Positions 1 through 12,322 of a stretch of DNA of 64,000 bases are shown here, piece after piece. The notes under the pieces were generated by a model. The model saw only the letters and a list, made by a program, of their open reading frames with translations. It was not told the DNA's origin and made no database searches. The position numbers were made by a program, and so were the translations under genes. The DNA lies in the NCBI GenBank assembly GCA_951406725.2, contig OX597822.1, positions 26,722,001-26,786,000 on the forward strand. Reading direction: 5' to 3'. Every line of letters begins with the position of its first letter. Within the stretch, counting starts at the first letter, position 1. The stretch comes from Octopus vulgaris (lineage: Eukaryota).

Positions 1-264
1 TTCTGAGTTCAAATCATGCTGAAGTCAACTTTGTCTTTCATCATCTCAGGATTGATGAACTAAAGTACTAGGAAAGTACAGGGATTGGTATAATCAACTG
101 TTCCCTTTACAGAGATGTGAAAACCTTGTATCCTATATAAGAAAAAGTATGTTAAAGATTTCTGTCTATAGCTCAACATAACATTTGAACTCCTGTTGCA
201 CAACAAGCAGAAAAATATTATAGATGATGATGATGATGATGATGATAATGATAAAAATAAAAAT

Positions 265-449
265 ATTATGTACATTATTTACATTATTTATATTGGATGG
301 ATATGTGTCTTCATCTTGTTTGTTGCTACCACAGTGTTTCAGCTGATTACTCTTCAGCCTTCATAAGGTGTCCTGATGGAATTTTGAACCCAACCCTGGG
401 TTCTCATTCCTAAAGTATTTTTGTTGATGTTATTATTATTACCTCTGCC

Positions 450-496
<47 letters not shown>

Positions 497-510
497 GTTA
501 TTATTATTAT
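265..510 (-). mobile_element. Older copy of the hammerhead-containing tail + (AAT)n, attached to a different 5' module
   Basis: Aligns by eye to 5372-5570; degenerate motif GACAC-CTTATGA-A-GGCTG..CAGCT-GAAAC-ACT-GTGGT at about 328-372. Confidence 0.65.
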
Positions 511-1237
511 TGTTTTTTATTGTATTTTTGTATTTATATTTGTGTAACATCGTCTGTTTTTCTGTCCTTGTTTCGCATACATTTGTTGCTTTTTTCCAAG
601 GAATCTAATACTCTTAGCTTAGTTTTTTCCTTGGGGCTGGCCAGATTGGAGCAATCTCAAGATTAATCAGCTGAAATTGCGAGGATGATCCTGTTCTTGA
701 CTGAAGATAAAAGGCTTCAAATGACCCATCCATGTTTTTTTTGTATTGTCTATATGGATGTCTTGTTGTCCCCTTTTGTATTACCTAGTTGTCCGGATGT
801 TTTGCGTTCTTGTCCCATTTTGTATTTTATTTTATATATATAGCGACGTATGTACACTTTGTTCTCTTATATATACACACACACATACATATTCTTTGGA
901 AAACCATGTGCATTTACACATGAATGCCAATGAAAATTCTTTGCAATTTTCTTTAGAAAGAACCTGCTCCTAGTTTCTTGTCCATAAGTCTTTGCATAAC
1001 TGTTGTCTTTAAATGTAGAGTAATGGGGGAAATAAGCTGGATTAAAAAGGGAAAGAGTTGGGGACAGAGGGGGTATGGAAAGAAAACTTTCAAAGTATTT
1101 GTGCTGTAGTTTATTATTGTGAAAAGATCTGTTCCAGTTCTCTCTCTTTCTCTTTCTCTCTCTCTCTCTGATTGATATTATATCACTATTTTACTAAATA
1201 GATTCTTCTTTTTCCCCTTCTTCGCCTTTATCACTGT

Positions 1238-1306
1238 CTTCTTCTTCTTCTTCTTCTTCTTCTTCTTCTTCTTCTTCTTCTTCTTCTTCTTCTTCTTCTT
1301 CTTCTT
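1238..1306. repeat. (TTC)n microsatellite
   Basis: Read directly from the sequence. Confidence 0.98.
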
Positions 1307-1879
1307 TCTCTCCTTTTTTTTTTTGCATATTTTGTGACATTTTTTAACATATTTCCTTCTGACCTGTTATTCTTTAGCTTTTTAAATCTAGTTTTCTTTT
1401 TGTTTGAATTTATTCACATTTTTGTAAAAAAAATAATTCGTCTTTATTTTTGCTCATTTATTGACGCTTCCAGCCAAACACCTTCGCACACACACACACA
1501 CACACATACACACACACACACACATACACACACACACATACATACATACATACATAAATGCATTCATTCACACATTTACTTATGTTTTACATTTCCTACA
1601 CTTTATTTCTTTATTATTTTTTAGTAATACATTTTGCATTTACTATTTCAGGCCCTTTTTAAGAATATTTTTATTTATTCATTTCCATATTTATTTATTT
1701 TTCTTCTTTTATGTATTTGATTTTTATTGCATTCTCTTACAGTTTTAGTTTTGCGCCTGTATGTCCATATATATAATGCATATATGCATGCATACATACA
1801 TTTATAAGTATATATAGATGTATTATATATTTGTGTGCATCTAAGTATATGTAAATTCATCTATATATAAATATATATA

Positions 1880-2260
1880 TCTCTCTCTATATAAACGGCA
1901 GTTTGTCTGTGCGTTTTCTGTGTGTCTGTTTTTCTCGTACCCTCACCCTGACCACGGCTTTCAACCGATTCTGATGAAACTTGACACACACATAGCCCAA
2001 TGTCATAATTCAAAACTAACGCAGCGAAAATTTTGAAAAGTTCCCCCAGTTCTGAAAAAAATCGATAAATTCGACATGGGGTCGAGAATCAGAAACCCAA
2101 ACCACAGACCGTCTAGGGGACGCAACTCCACCTTTTTTAACTCAAAAAAAATTTACCATCATTTTTCCCCATTTTTTTGCTATTTTTTGGCTATAACTCT
2201 CTAAAAATGCTTTATAGTTATTTCCCTTACAAACCTGAGCAACGCCGGGCGATACTGCTA

Positions 2261-2261
<1 letters not shown>
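1880..2261 (+). mobile_element. Non-autonomous Helitron
   Basis: 5' TC start, subterminal GC-rich hairpin cctgagcaacgccggg, 3' CTAG followed by T; embedded in (TA)n; no TSD. Confidence 0.75.

Positions 2262-2346
<85 letters not shown>
2262..2346. repeat. (TA)n microsatellite
   Basis: Perfect TA run. Confidence 0.98.
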
Positions 2347-2348
<2 letters not shown>

Positions 2349-2349
<1 letters not shown>

Positions 2350-2577
2350 AGGCGTCGAGCTGGCAGAATCATTAGCACGCCGGGCGAAATGTGTAGCCAT
2401 ATTTCGTCTGTCATTACATTCTGAGTTCAAATTCCACCGAGGTCGACTTTGCCTTTCATCCTTTCGGGGTCGATAAATTAAGTACCAGTTTCGCACTGGG
2501 GTCGATGTAATCGATTTAATCCCTTTGTCTGTCCTTGTTTGTCCCCTCTATGTTTAGCCCCTTGTGGGTAGTAAAGA

Positions 2578-2580
<3 letters not shown>
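2349..2580 (+). mobile_element. tRNA-derived SINE, family A
   Basis: A-box-like gagctggcagaa, B-box gagttcaaattcc, central gcctttcatcctttcggggtcgataaattaagtacc; many copies in the window. Confidence 0.9.
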
Positions 2581-2608
<28 letters not shown>

Positions 2609-3171
2609 TATGTGTTTTGCTTGTTTATGCATATATAATATATATATATATACGTATAGATGCAAAGAAGATGTATATGTATGTATATATGTGTATATGT
2701 ATATGATGTGTGCATATGTTAGATATAATCAGTGCTATTGCTTTCATACTTATGACATGGCACATAATCTTGTGAATCATCACAAAAAAATCAATCACTG
2801 CACAATAATCTCGCCGTTTAGTTTGAGAAGAATGGAGAAGAGATAAGAGTCCTGGTAATATGTTTGTGGGAAGTACACTTGCTCTTGATTCGGGGGGGGG
2901 GGAGGGGGCGGAGGCAGGGGCATTATGAAGATATTTGCTTGTCATTATGATTTCGACAGAACAAACAGCTATAATAATGACCTACTTAGTACTAAGTGAT
3001 CTGTCTCTGATTATATATACTCCCGATGTCTTGAGATTGTTTCTCATTACTCTTTTCATTCTGTTATTGGTTTTGGCCAGTTGATTGTGTTCATGTTGGA
3101 GCACCTTTCTTAAAGACAGCAAGCAGTATATGATTTTGGTCAGTTTGTTGTGTTCATTCTAGAGCACATTT

Positions 3172-3970
3172 GTAGGAGTGGCTGTGTGGTAAGTAGCTTA
3201 CTTACCAACCACATGGTTCTGGGTTAAGTCCCACTGCGTGGCATCTTGGGCAAGTGTCTTCTACTATAGCCTCGGGCCAACCAAAAGCCTTGTGAGTGGA
3301 TTTGGTAGACAGAAACTGAAAGAAGCCCATCGTGTATATGTATATATATATGTGTGTGTGCATGTTTGTGTGTCTGTGTTTGTCCCCCTAGCATTGCTTG
3401 ACAACCGATGCTGGTGTGTTTATGTCTCCGTCACTTAGTGGTTCGGCAAAAGAGACCGTTAGAATAAGTACAAGGCTTACAAAGAATAAGTCTTGGGGTT
3501 GATTTGCTCGACTAAAGGCGGTGCTCCAGCGTGGCCACAGTCAAATGACTGAAACAAGTAAAAGAGTATAAAAAAGAGTATAGGTATGTAGCTTGCTTAC
3601 CAACCACATGGTCCTGGGTTTAGGCCCACTGCATGGCACCTTAAGCTAGTGTCTTCTACTATAGCCTCGGGCTGACCAAAGCCCTGTGAGTGGATTTGGT
3701 AGACGGAAACTGGTAGAAGCCCATCGTATATGTATATATATATGTATATGTATGTGTGTGTATATATTTGTGTGTCTGTGTTTGTCCCCACCAGCATCAC
3801 TTGACGACCGATGCTGGTGTGGTTTGCGTCCTCATCACCAAGCAGTTCGGCATCAGAGATCGATGGAATAAGTGCTGGGCTTACAGGGAGTGGGTTCTGG
3901 GGTTGATTTGCTCGACTAAAGGCGGTGCTCCAGCATGGCCTCAGTCGAATGAATGAAACAAGCAAATGAG
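3172..3970 (+). mobile_element. Two tandem tRNA-derived SINEs, family B (internal TA/TG microsatellite)
   Basis: Head gtggctgtgtggtaag..gggttcagtccc, CORE-like ccttgggcaagt, tail gactgaaacaagtaaaagag. Confidence 0.9.
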
Positions 3971-5371
3971 TATGGTTGTTTTTTGTTTTTTGTTTTTGAT
4001 GTGAAGTAATGAAGGAGGTACTTGGAGAGTTGCTCAACAAGCTAGAAATATGGTACTTCATTGGTTACGACTACGAGGGTTCCTGTTGATCTGATCAACG
4101 GAACAGCCTGCTCATGAAATCAACGTTTAAGTGGCTGAGCACTCCACAGACATGTGTACCCTTAGCGTAGTTCTCCAGGAGATTCAGCATGCCATAGAGC
4201 GTGACAAAGTTGGCCCTCTGAAATACAGATACAACACATTTTTGCTGCCTGAGTGGATTGGAGCTATGCTCAAGGACACAATGTGTTGCTTGAAATTGAA
4301 CTCATAACCTTACGATTGTGAGTCGAATACCTTAACCACTAAGCTACGCATCTTCATGCTAGAAATATAAGCCCTGTATATTGCACCAAACTGACTTCAT
4401 TCTCATCATCACAATCACGACTCATCATCACTACCATCATCATCATAATCTCCACCACCAACAACAGTAGCATCACCACCACAATCATCACCACCACCAT
4501 CATTACCATCACAACTGTCATGATACCACCACCACCATGTTCATTGTTTTTAATGTCCATTATTCTGTGTTTGCATGTGTCACATCCGGATGCTCTTCCT
4601 GGCACCACCTTGCTCCATTTTGCTTTATCCTTTCAACAGCAAACAGCCAAGTGACCAGACAAACTTCTATGGCTAAATTGTAAACAAATGTCACTGTCTT
4701 TGTCTGACATTGAATTCCATTCAAGATTGGCACACTCGTGTCAAAACAAGAGACGCTGAACAGTTCTATATCTAAGAGATGAGGATTTATGCACATTATT
4801 TACATTGTTTACAAAACAAATCATTTTGCTCAAGAAAAACAATTCACTGCCTAGTCCAAGAATCGAAACCATGATCTTGTAATCATGAGAACAACATCCT
4901 AACCATCAGGCCACATGCCTTTCACTGACATATAGTGGTTAAAATTTACACCTCTGAGGGTGGCAAGCTGGCAGAATCATTAGCATGCTGGGCAAAATGC
5001 TTAGCAGCTATTTTGTCTAATAGTATACATTAAAAATAATGTATATGGTAGTGGTGATTGTGGTGGTAGTTCTGAGTTCAAATTCCACCAAGGTTCACTA
5101 TACCTTTCGTCCTTTCAGAGTCAATAAAATAAGTACCAGATGATCATCAGGGTCAATGTAATTGATTTACCCCCTCCCCCAAAATTACTGGCCTTAGAAG
5201 TTCACTAAGGGACCGTGTAGTTTAGGGTTTGTTTCTTTGTGTGGACACTGTTGGCTGGAGTTGTTTCCTATCACCACAGAAATTTGGTTGAAATTTATGA
5301 GACAAATTTGGTGGACAGAAACTGTAAAAATCCCAATGTGTGTGTGTGCGTATGTGGGTGTTCTGTGTCTC

Positions 5372-5517
5372 TTATTTACATTATTTACATTCGATGGATA
5401 TTTGTCCTCATTTTGTTTGTTGTTAACACAATGTTTTGGCTGATATACCCTCCAGCCTTCTTCAGGTGTCTTGGGGAAATTTCGAACCTGAGTTCTCATT
5501 CCTTAGGTATTTTTTTA

Positions 5518-5572
<55 letters not shown>

Positions 5573-5682
5573 GTTCAGGTCACTGCTTGGAATCGAACTC
5601 AAAATCTTTGGGTTAGTAGCCCGCACTCTTAACCACTATGTCATATGCCCATGTTCTTAACCACTACACCATATGCCCGTGG
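5372..5682 (-). mobile_element. Non-autonomous element: tRNA-like head + (AAT)n + hammerhead-containing tail
   Basis: Minus-strand head with A-box-like and GAGTTCGATTCC B-box sequence; tail has GACAC-CTGAAGA-A-GGCTG..CAGCC-AAAAC-ATT-GTGTT at 5425-5470. Confidence 0.75.
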
Positions 5683-6509
5683 GATCAGCTTTGCTTTTCA
5701 TCCTTTTGGGGTCAATAATATAAGTACCATTTGAGCACTGGGATCAATTTAATCAACCCACCCCTTCCCCAAAAAACTGCTGGCCTTGTGCCAAAATTTG
5801 AAACCATTATTATTATTATTATTATTAAATAACTAAGTCAGCAGGCTAGCTTTGAGTATTTAATTTCACCCTCTGTGCTCTCTGTGAAAAATCTTGCTGT
5901 GTGTGTGTATGTTTTCTTTTCCTCCCTTTGGTAAAAGTACAGCAATAAGTACAAAGCCACAAGGTGCCATAGGATTGTTACTTCACTCTTCATTTCCATG
6001 GTTATAATAATTAAGTGAATAAGAAATATATTATCCAATAAATAGGTTACTCAGCTCTGGCAGTTTCAGTTTTTTTTCTTTTCCTGCTGGAGAACTAAAC
6101 TCAGAACTTAAAATCAACAAATCATTTTGTCAGTACCAGAGATCTGACACTATTTACAGAAGTGGCTTATATTTCCTTATGTACAATGAATTGGCTGATC
6201 TTGTACCACTTTCACCCAGGCTGAGTGGATTCAGTCATCTCTCTCCTCTTGTTTTCCATATTTTCTCTTCCCCAACAAGCCTTTCACTAACAACCATATC
6301 TAATCTTTACTACCCCACTATTTTACATTTCTCAATGGGATTGGTTTAGAGATAGAGGTTGTGTTGTACCCATGGCCATTACAGGTGTCCTCAGGGCTGA
6401 GTAGATTCATACAATTTAATATTCCTCTTCAATGTCTGTCAGCCCTCTGCTATGTCCTTCTTGCCCATGTTTCTTCTTGCACTCATTAAGCGGTGGTATT
6501 TTAAAAGAA

Positions 6510-6742
6510 AAGGTGGTGAGCTGGCAGAAACGTTAGCACACCGGGCGAAATACGTAGCCGTATTTCATCTGCCGTTACATTCTGAGTTCAAATTCCGCTG
6601 AGGTCGACTTTGCTTTTCATCCTTTCGGGGTCGATAAAATAAGTACCAGTTATGCACTGGGGTTGATATAATCGACTTAATCTATTTGTCTGTCCTTGTT
6701 TGTCCTCTCTGTGTTTAGCCCCTTGTGGGTAGTAAAGAAATA
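6510..6742 (+). mobile_element. SINE family A
   Basis: Full-length copy with flanking direct repeat ggtattttaaaa. Confidence 0.9.
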
Positions 6743-7188
6743 GGTATTTTAAAAAGAATGTTAACCACAATGGTATTATAGATTCTATCCAGCTGATAAG
6801 CTTTCACATAGTTTCTACCTGATTTTATTCATGAGTTTTGGGTTGGCAGAAGAATGTGGAACTTATTTGGGAGCAAAATTCTCAACTGCAAAGTCATGCC
6901 TACATTAAAAAAATGGTAATCAGATTGTTGCTACTACAGTGGGCTAGAGTGGACCTGAGAGTAGTAAAGATCCTTCCCGAGTCATACAGACTGAGATGGT
7001 TTCCCAGTTTCCATGGCCTATGGATTCCCTCCCTGGATGGGATACCAGTCCATTGCAAGATTACTCATTTTTGCCAGCTGAGTGGACTAAAGTAATGTGA
7101 AATGAAGTGTTTTCCTCAAGAACACAACACTTGTCTGGTCCAGAAATTGAAATCACAATCTTATGGCCATGATTCCAACATCCTAACC

Positions 7189-7422
7189 TATTTCTTTACT
7201 ACCCACAAGGGGCTAAACACAGCGGGGACGAACAAGGACAGACAAACAGATTAAGTTGATTACATCGACCCCAGTGCGTAACTGGTATTTAGTTTATCGA
7301 CCCCCAAAAGGATGAAAGGCAAAGTCGACCTCGGCAGAATTTGAACTCAGAACATAATGGCAGACGAAATACGGCTATGCATTTCGCTCGGCGTGCTAAC
7401 GTTTCTGCCAGCTCACCGCCTT
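7189..7422 (-). mobile_element. SINE family A nested in a family E SINE
   Basis: Reverse-complement copy; TSD ttccaacatcctaacc at 7173-7188 and 7421-7436. Confidence 0.9.
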
Positions 7423-7562
7423 CCAACATCCTAACCACTAAGCTACACACCACATCATAAAATGATGTTCCCCATCATTTTGAAGGCTGTGGTGAAAAAC
7501 AATTGGAAAAATCCCCGCCAAAATGGAGAAGTTCCAACTTATGTGGTTTTCTTGATTTGAAA

Positions 7563-7885
7563 CTCCTCTCCCATCCCTTCAGAAAAAAAAAAAAATTTCC
7601 CCACAAATTTCTTCATAATCATAATCTAAGCCATTTGAAAGGTTTTGTATTAATTTTCATTAAAAGATACCCATTTTCCTGAAAGTTGTGAGGGAAAAAA
7701 TTGGATTGTGTGAATTTTCCGAAAGTCCTCTCGCCACTCCTTCAGAAAGCATTTTCCCACAAATTTCTTTATAATCGTAATCTATGCCATTTGAAAAGTA
7801 TTTCTACAAAATTTCAATAATATTTACCCATTTTCCTGAAAGTTATGTGGGAAAAATCAGATTGTGTGAATTTTCCGAAAGTCTC
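7563..7885. repeat. About 165-bp tandem duplication
   Basis: Two diverged copies of cttcagaaa..cccacaaatttct..gattgtgtgaattttccgaaagtc. Confidence 0.8.
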
Positions 7886-8969
7886 TTCATCCCCCCCATT
7901 CCCCGTTCGTTTGTGCAAATTTTTGTTGTATTCGTTTTCTATGCATTTTTTTTTTTACACCTATTAGACATTTTTTTGTTTTGGTGACCAAGTTTTAAGC
8001 TATATATTAACCTTTATTTCCTTTAAAGTGTGCCTTGAATCAGCATCATCATCATCATTTGCATTCTGTTTTCCATGCTGGCATGGATTGGACAATTTGA
8101 TAGGGGCTGGCAAGTCAGAGAGCTGCACCAGGCTCTGATTGTCTGTTTTGGCATGGTTTCTATGGCTGGATGCTCTTCCTAACACAGAACACTTTGCAGA
8201 GTGTACTGAGTGCTTTATACATAGATAAAAATGTATAAAACATTTGAAAACCACTGCTGTGTCCAGTCATAATTACTTTAACGAGGACATTTGAATAAAT
8301 TTCTCTCATGTTGTTGGTGTTGCTTAGCTTCAGATCAGCTCTGCTAGAGAAACATCTATCATCAGTCAAACATTCCATGACTGTTTCTTATCTTTTTCTT
8401 TTTCAGTCATAGTATTATTGTAATATATTTCAGACTAGGCTATTCAAAGTTATACCCTTTTGTTTTTCTTACAAAGGCAGTAAAGTGAGATTTCAGTAAG
8501 ATTTGGTTGCTATATTTACTAAGCTGAATCACTGCACGGAAGTCCCCTCATCAGCTTGCTAGGAACAGAGAACGGGGACAAAAGAATTCAATACAAAGCA
8601 CTGTTCAATAATATTTATCTCTGCTCAATATAAATATGGTCTTGATCAATTAAGGTTATTGTGTTTGCCATATTAAATTATGTTAGGGCGTACCTCTCTA
8701 GTAATTTTCATGTAGTTTGGTTGGTTTTATATACCATACAAACGGTTTTGCACATATAGATTAATTAGGGAAAAACTGAGATTCAATTTCTGTTTTTTCT
8801 TTTCTCTTTTTCTTGTTTTTCTTTTTCTTTTTTTGTTTTGTTTAGGAATTGTAGAGGATGAAACTGAATTTCTTATGCTGTATTTCATCTCACCTTTCTC
8901 TCCTTTCTGAGATGAAACCTTACTGATGGCTGCTTATCCTGTTAATTTATATATCTTTTGTTCCCATAG

Positions 8970-9089
8970 TGAGCAATAAGATGAGTTTCATTTATAAACT
9001 GGGTCCAAGTAAATCTAGTATTCCACCACTCATAGAAACTATTATGTTTTTAAGTCAGTGGAGAGAAATGTATGGCTTCCATAGGAATG
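8970..9089 (+). CDS. Candidate 120-nt internal exon (xSNKMSFIYKLGPSKSSIPPLIETIMFLSQWREMYGFHRN)
   Basis: Acceptor tcttttgttcccatag, donor G|gtgagt, open phase 1/1 frame; no recognised homology, and its phase does not join the long frame of the 10046 candidate. Confidence 0.25.
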
Positions 9090-9823
9090 GTGAGTGCAGA
9101 AACAGTTGGGAAAAAAATGGTCAAGATGATTCATAGCAGTTCTACTTGAGTATTTCACTCATTGCAATCCTTACCACCACTTCCTTTCGGTCTTGTTTTT
9201 TGTCATTCTTGCTCAGGATAAATTATATTTTGAAATAGATCTCAGAAATGGCATACCATCTCTTGAATGTGCAGTTTACAATCAATATATATTTTCCCGC
9301 CCCCTATATTTTCTGTCTCCCACTGTTCACTATTTGAAATGTTCTGAATGTCTTTCCATTAAGATATTATACCGACAATAACAATGATGACAACAGCAAT
9401 AACCACCTCTATCTTCCCCTTTTCAGATATCGATTGATCTTCTGTGTACACATATACAAACACATACACACATATATGTATATATTCAATTTTTTTTTAT
9501 TTAATCGTTTATTTGTTTATTTATATTTTTATTAGAATAATAAATTGTGTAGTTTCCATTTTCGAAAGCAGACAATTGTATTAATTGTAGAACTGGTAAT
9601 GAGGAAAAAATACGGAAAGTAAGATTTACCTTTGTTTTCTTTGTTGCATATTCACAAAGAGAATGTGAGACCTGAAGTGATTTTATTGTGTTGCCTTTAC
9701 AGTTTAAAAAAAACACAAAAATTAAAAGTATATTTTTAACTTCAGCAAACTGTTAAAAGTTTTATACTATGACACAGAAGCTAGTTGAAAAGAGAGGAAA
9801 CGAGAGACAATATGTCCATTCGT

Positions 9824-9825
<2 letters not shown>

Positions 9826-9876
<51 letters not shown>
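9826..9876. repeat. (GA)n microsatellite
   Basis: Read directly from the sequence. Confidence 0.98.
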
Positions 9877-9881
<5 letters not shown>

Positions 9882-10045
9882 TATGTTATATCATGAATAT
9901 GAGACTGTGGCAGTCTGTGTACTATTATTGCTGCTTCATCATTTCGCATTCATTGTAACCCATGCACTTAGATTGAACAACCATTGACATTTAAGCATTT
10001 TGTGCTTGTTTGTATTTGCTAACTTCATTTTTCCTGCTCTTATAG

Positions 10046-10156
10046 AAACCTGACATTGATGTCGACATGCTTCCAGCCACTACTGGCATATTCTTTGATC
10101 CTGCCCTGCCCAATTGGAAGATGGAGCTGTTACAGACCATCTTCGAAGGAGTGTAG
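10046..10156 (+). CDS. Candidate terminal coding exon of an unidentified gene (KPDIDVDMLPATTGIFFDPALPNWKMELLQTIFEGV*)
   Basis: Good acceptor ttcatttttcctgctcttatag; GC-elevated unique sequence; open frame to TAG; protein not recognised. Confidence 0.4.
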   Translation, partial: KPDIDVDMLPATTGIFFDPALPNWKMELLQTIFEGV

Positions 10157-12113
10157 ATTCTTTTGCTTCTCATCACGTGTCCTTGCCTTTTCCCACCCAG
10201 TAGCTTTTCCAGCATGAAGAAGGCCACTTATCTCATATTCATGATATAACATACAAAAATTATGAGCTTTCTGGTCGATAACTTGGCAGAGAGGATCTGT
10301 ATACTTAAGGCACTGCTTTTTCAGTGGAAACAGCCATAAGCTAATGAAGTTCATTTGACTGTGGCTATGCTGGAGCACTGCCTTTAGTCAAACAAATTAA
10401 CCTCAGGACTTATTCTTTGTAAGCCTAGTAATTATTCTATTGGGCTCTTTTGCCGAGCCACTAAGTTATGGGGACATAAACACACTAATATCAGTTGTCA
10501 AGCAATGGTGGGGGACAGACGCAGACGCACAAACATATACATATATACATATATATATAAGCCATTTAAGAAACACACAAATGTGTGTTTCTTAAATGGC
10601 TTATCAACACCTCCCATGCTGCAATTGTTTTAATTCCAGCACACAATCTCAGATCAGGTCACTTGCTATGCAAGTACATCTTTGTAACTCTATTTTCTTA
10701 TTTTTCTTAAATAAATATAAACCCCAGTTTATCTAATTACTTTATTTTTGAATATTAAATATAATATTCAAAATAAATAATAGGTAATAAACCAGCAAAT
10801 TCATTAGATTTAATTATCCCTTAATGAGATATTTATGATATATCATGATATATATATTAACTTGGCAGAGAAGATCCACATACTTAAGGCGTTACTTTTT
10901 CAATCAAATAATAGGCGGGCTGTTCTATTGAAGAACCTATGTCCAAGATGTCTGAAACCGTTTCATTTCTCATAGCAACCAGATTTATTGACACCAAGAC
11001 ATTCTCTCTGATTTTATTACAATTGTTGCTGACACAGACCATTATGGTTTCCAAGGATTCCAGTTGTTAACCAAACAAACTGACAGACCAGTAATCAGAA
11101 ACTAATACAGAAAGTAACATTATACAAGTTTTTATGAAGACAATGTAAATAGAAGTATCAAACTCTGGAAAAACCATTAAAAAGTTTCTTTGTCATGCAA
11201 CACTAGCAGACTCTTTAGATCCAATGTTTGCAGTTTGGTTACCTCTTGTCATTGCATATCTGAGGACTATGAAGAAAAAAAGGATTTAAAAACTAATTTG
11301 CATTCAGAATTTGCTGACTAGAAAATTGTTAACAATTATGTTTCACTAAGAAATAACAAGGAAAGTTTACATTACATCTGAATACAAAAAAAACCCCAAA
11401 AAAACAGAGACAAACCAAGGAAAATTCTAGAATACTTCTGTTGACTGTTGCTGTTGTTGGTGTTGTTGTTATGTAAGCTTTAATAATTTCTACTTGAACA
11501 TGTGCAGTCAAGCAGAAATGGATTCTTGACAAGCTTCCTCAGCAAACAGGTTTAAGTTCCTATCTGTTATTTAGACATTTCATGTATGCTGTTAATGTCA
11601 ATGAGAATGACTGAGATGCCATAACTTACTTTGTCTACTCAGCTTGAAAAATCTTGCATATGTTGTTACTCCATATAAGAATGCATTCTTGATGCGTAAA
11701 AAAAGGGATCGCATACTTGTGAGTGGATCAGCTTGAAAGTTTTTTGCTGTTGTTTAGCCCCAGCTTAATATAACCTGAACAGACCTATGCTCAAAGGTAT
11801 TCCAACCATGACCGTCACATCGTTTACAACCCTAACAATGTCTTGTCTGCTCCATACGCAAGTATGTAAGACATAAAATGATGATGGTGATGATGACAGT
11901 GATGATTATGATGATATTTAAGTGTCAGTGTGAGTATACTGGTATGAACCATCCCTTTACATCAGAAGGAAATTTATAGAGTCAATGAAATAAGTACTTG
12001 ACTGAAGTACTGGCATTGATATATATGTTTTTTTTTTTTTAAAAAAAAACAACCTCAGAAGGTAGTGCTCCAGCATGGTTGCTGTTAAATGATTGAAACC
12101 AGAAATAGAAAAG

Positions 12114-12273
12114 CTGGTGTGGCTGTGTGATAAGTTGTTTGCTTACCAACCACATGGTTCTGGGTTCAGTCCCACTGCGTGCACCTTGAGCAAGTGTCTT
12201 CTACTATAGCCTCAAGCCAACCAAAACCTTGTGAGTAGATTTGATAGACAGAAACTGAAAGAAGCCCATCGTA

Positions 12274-12322
<49 letters not shown>

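Noticed and set aside
8846-8910. Possible exon after a strong polypyrimidine tract (IVEDETEFLMLYFISPFSPF*)
   Set aside because: No convincing donor, no recognisable homology, phase inconsistent with the neighbouring candidates
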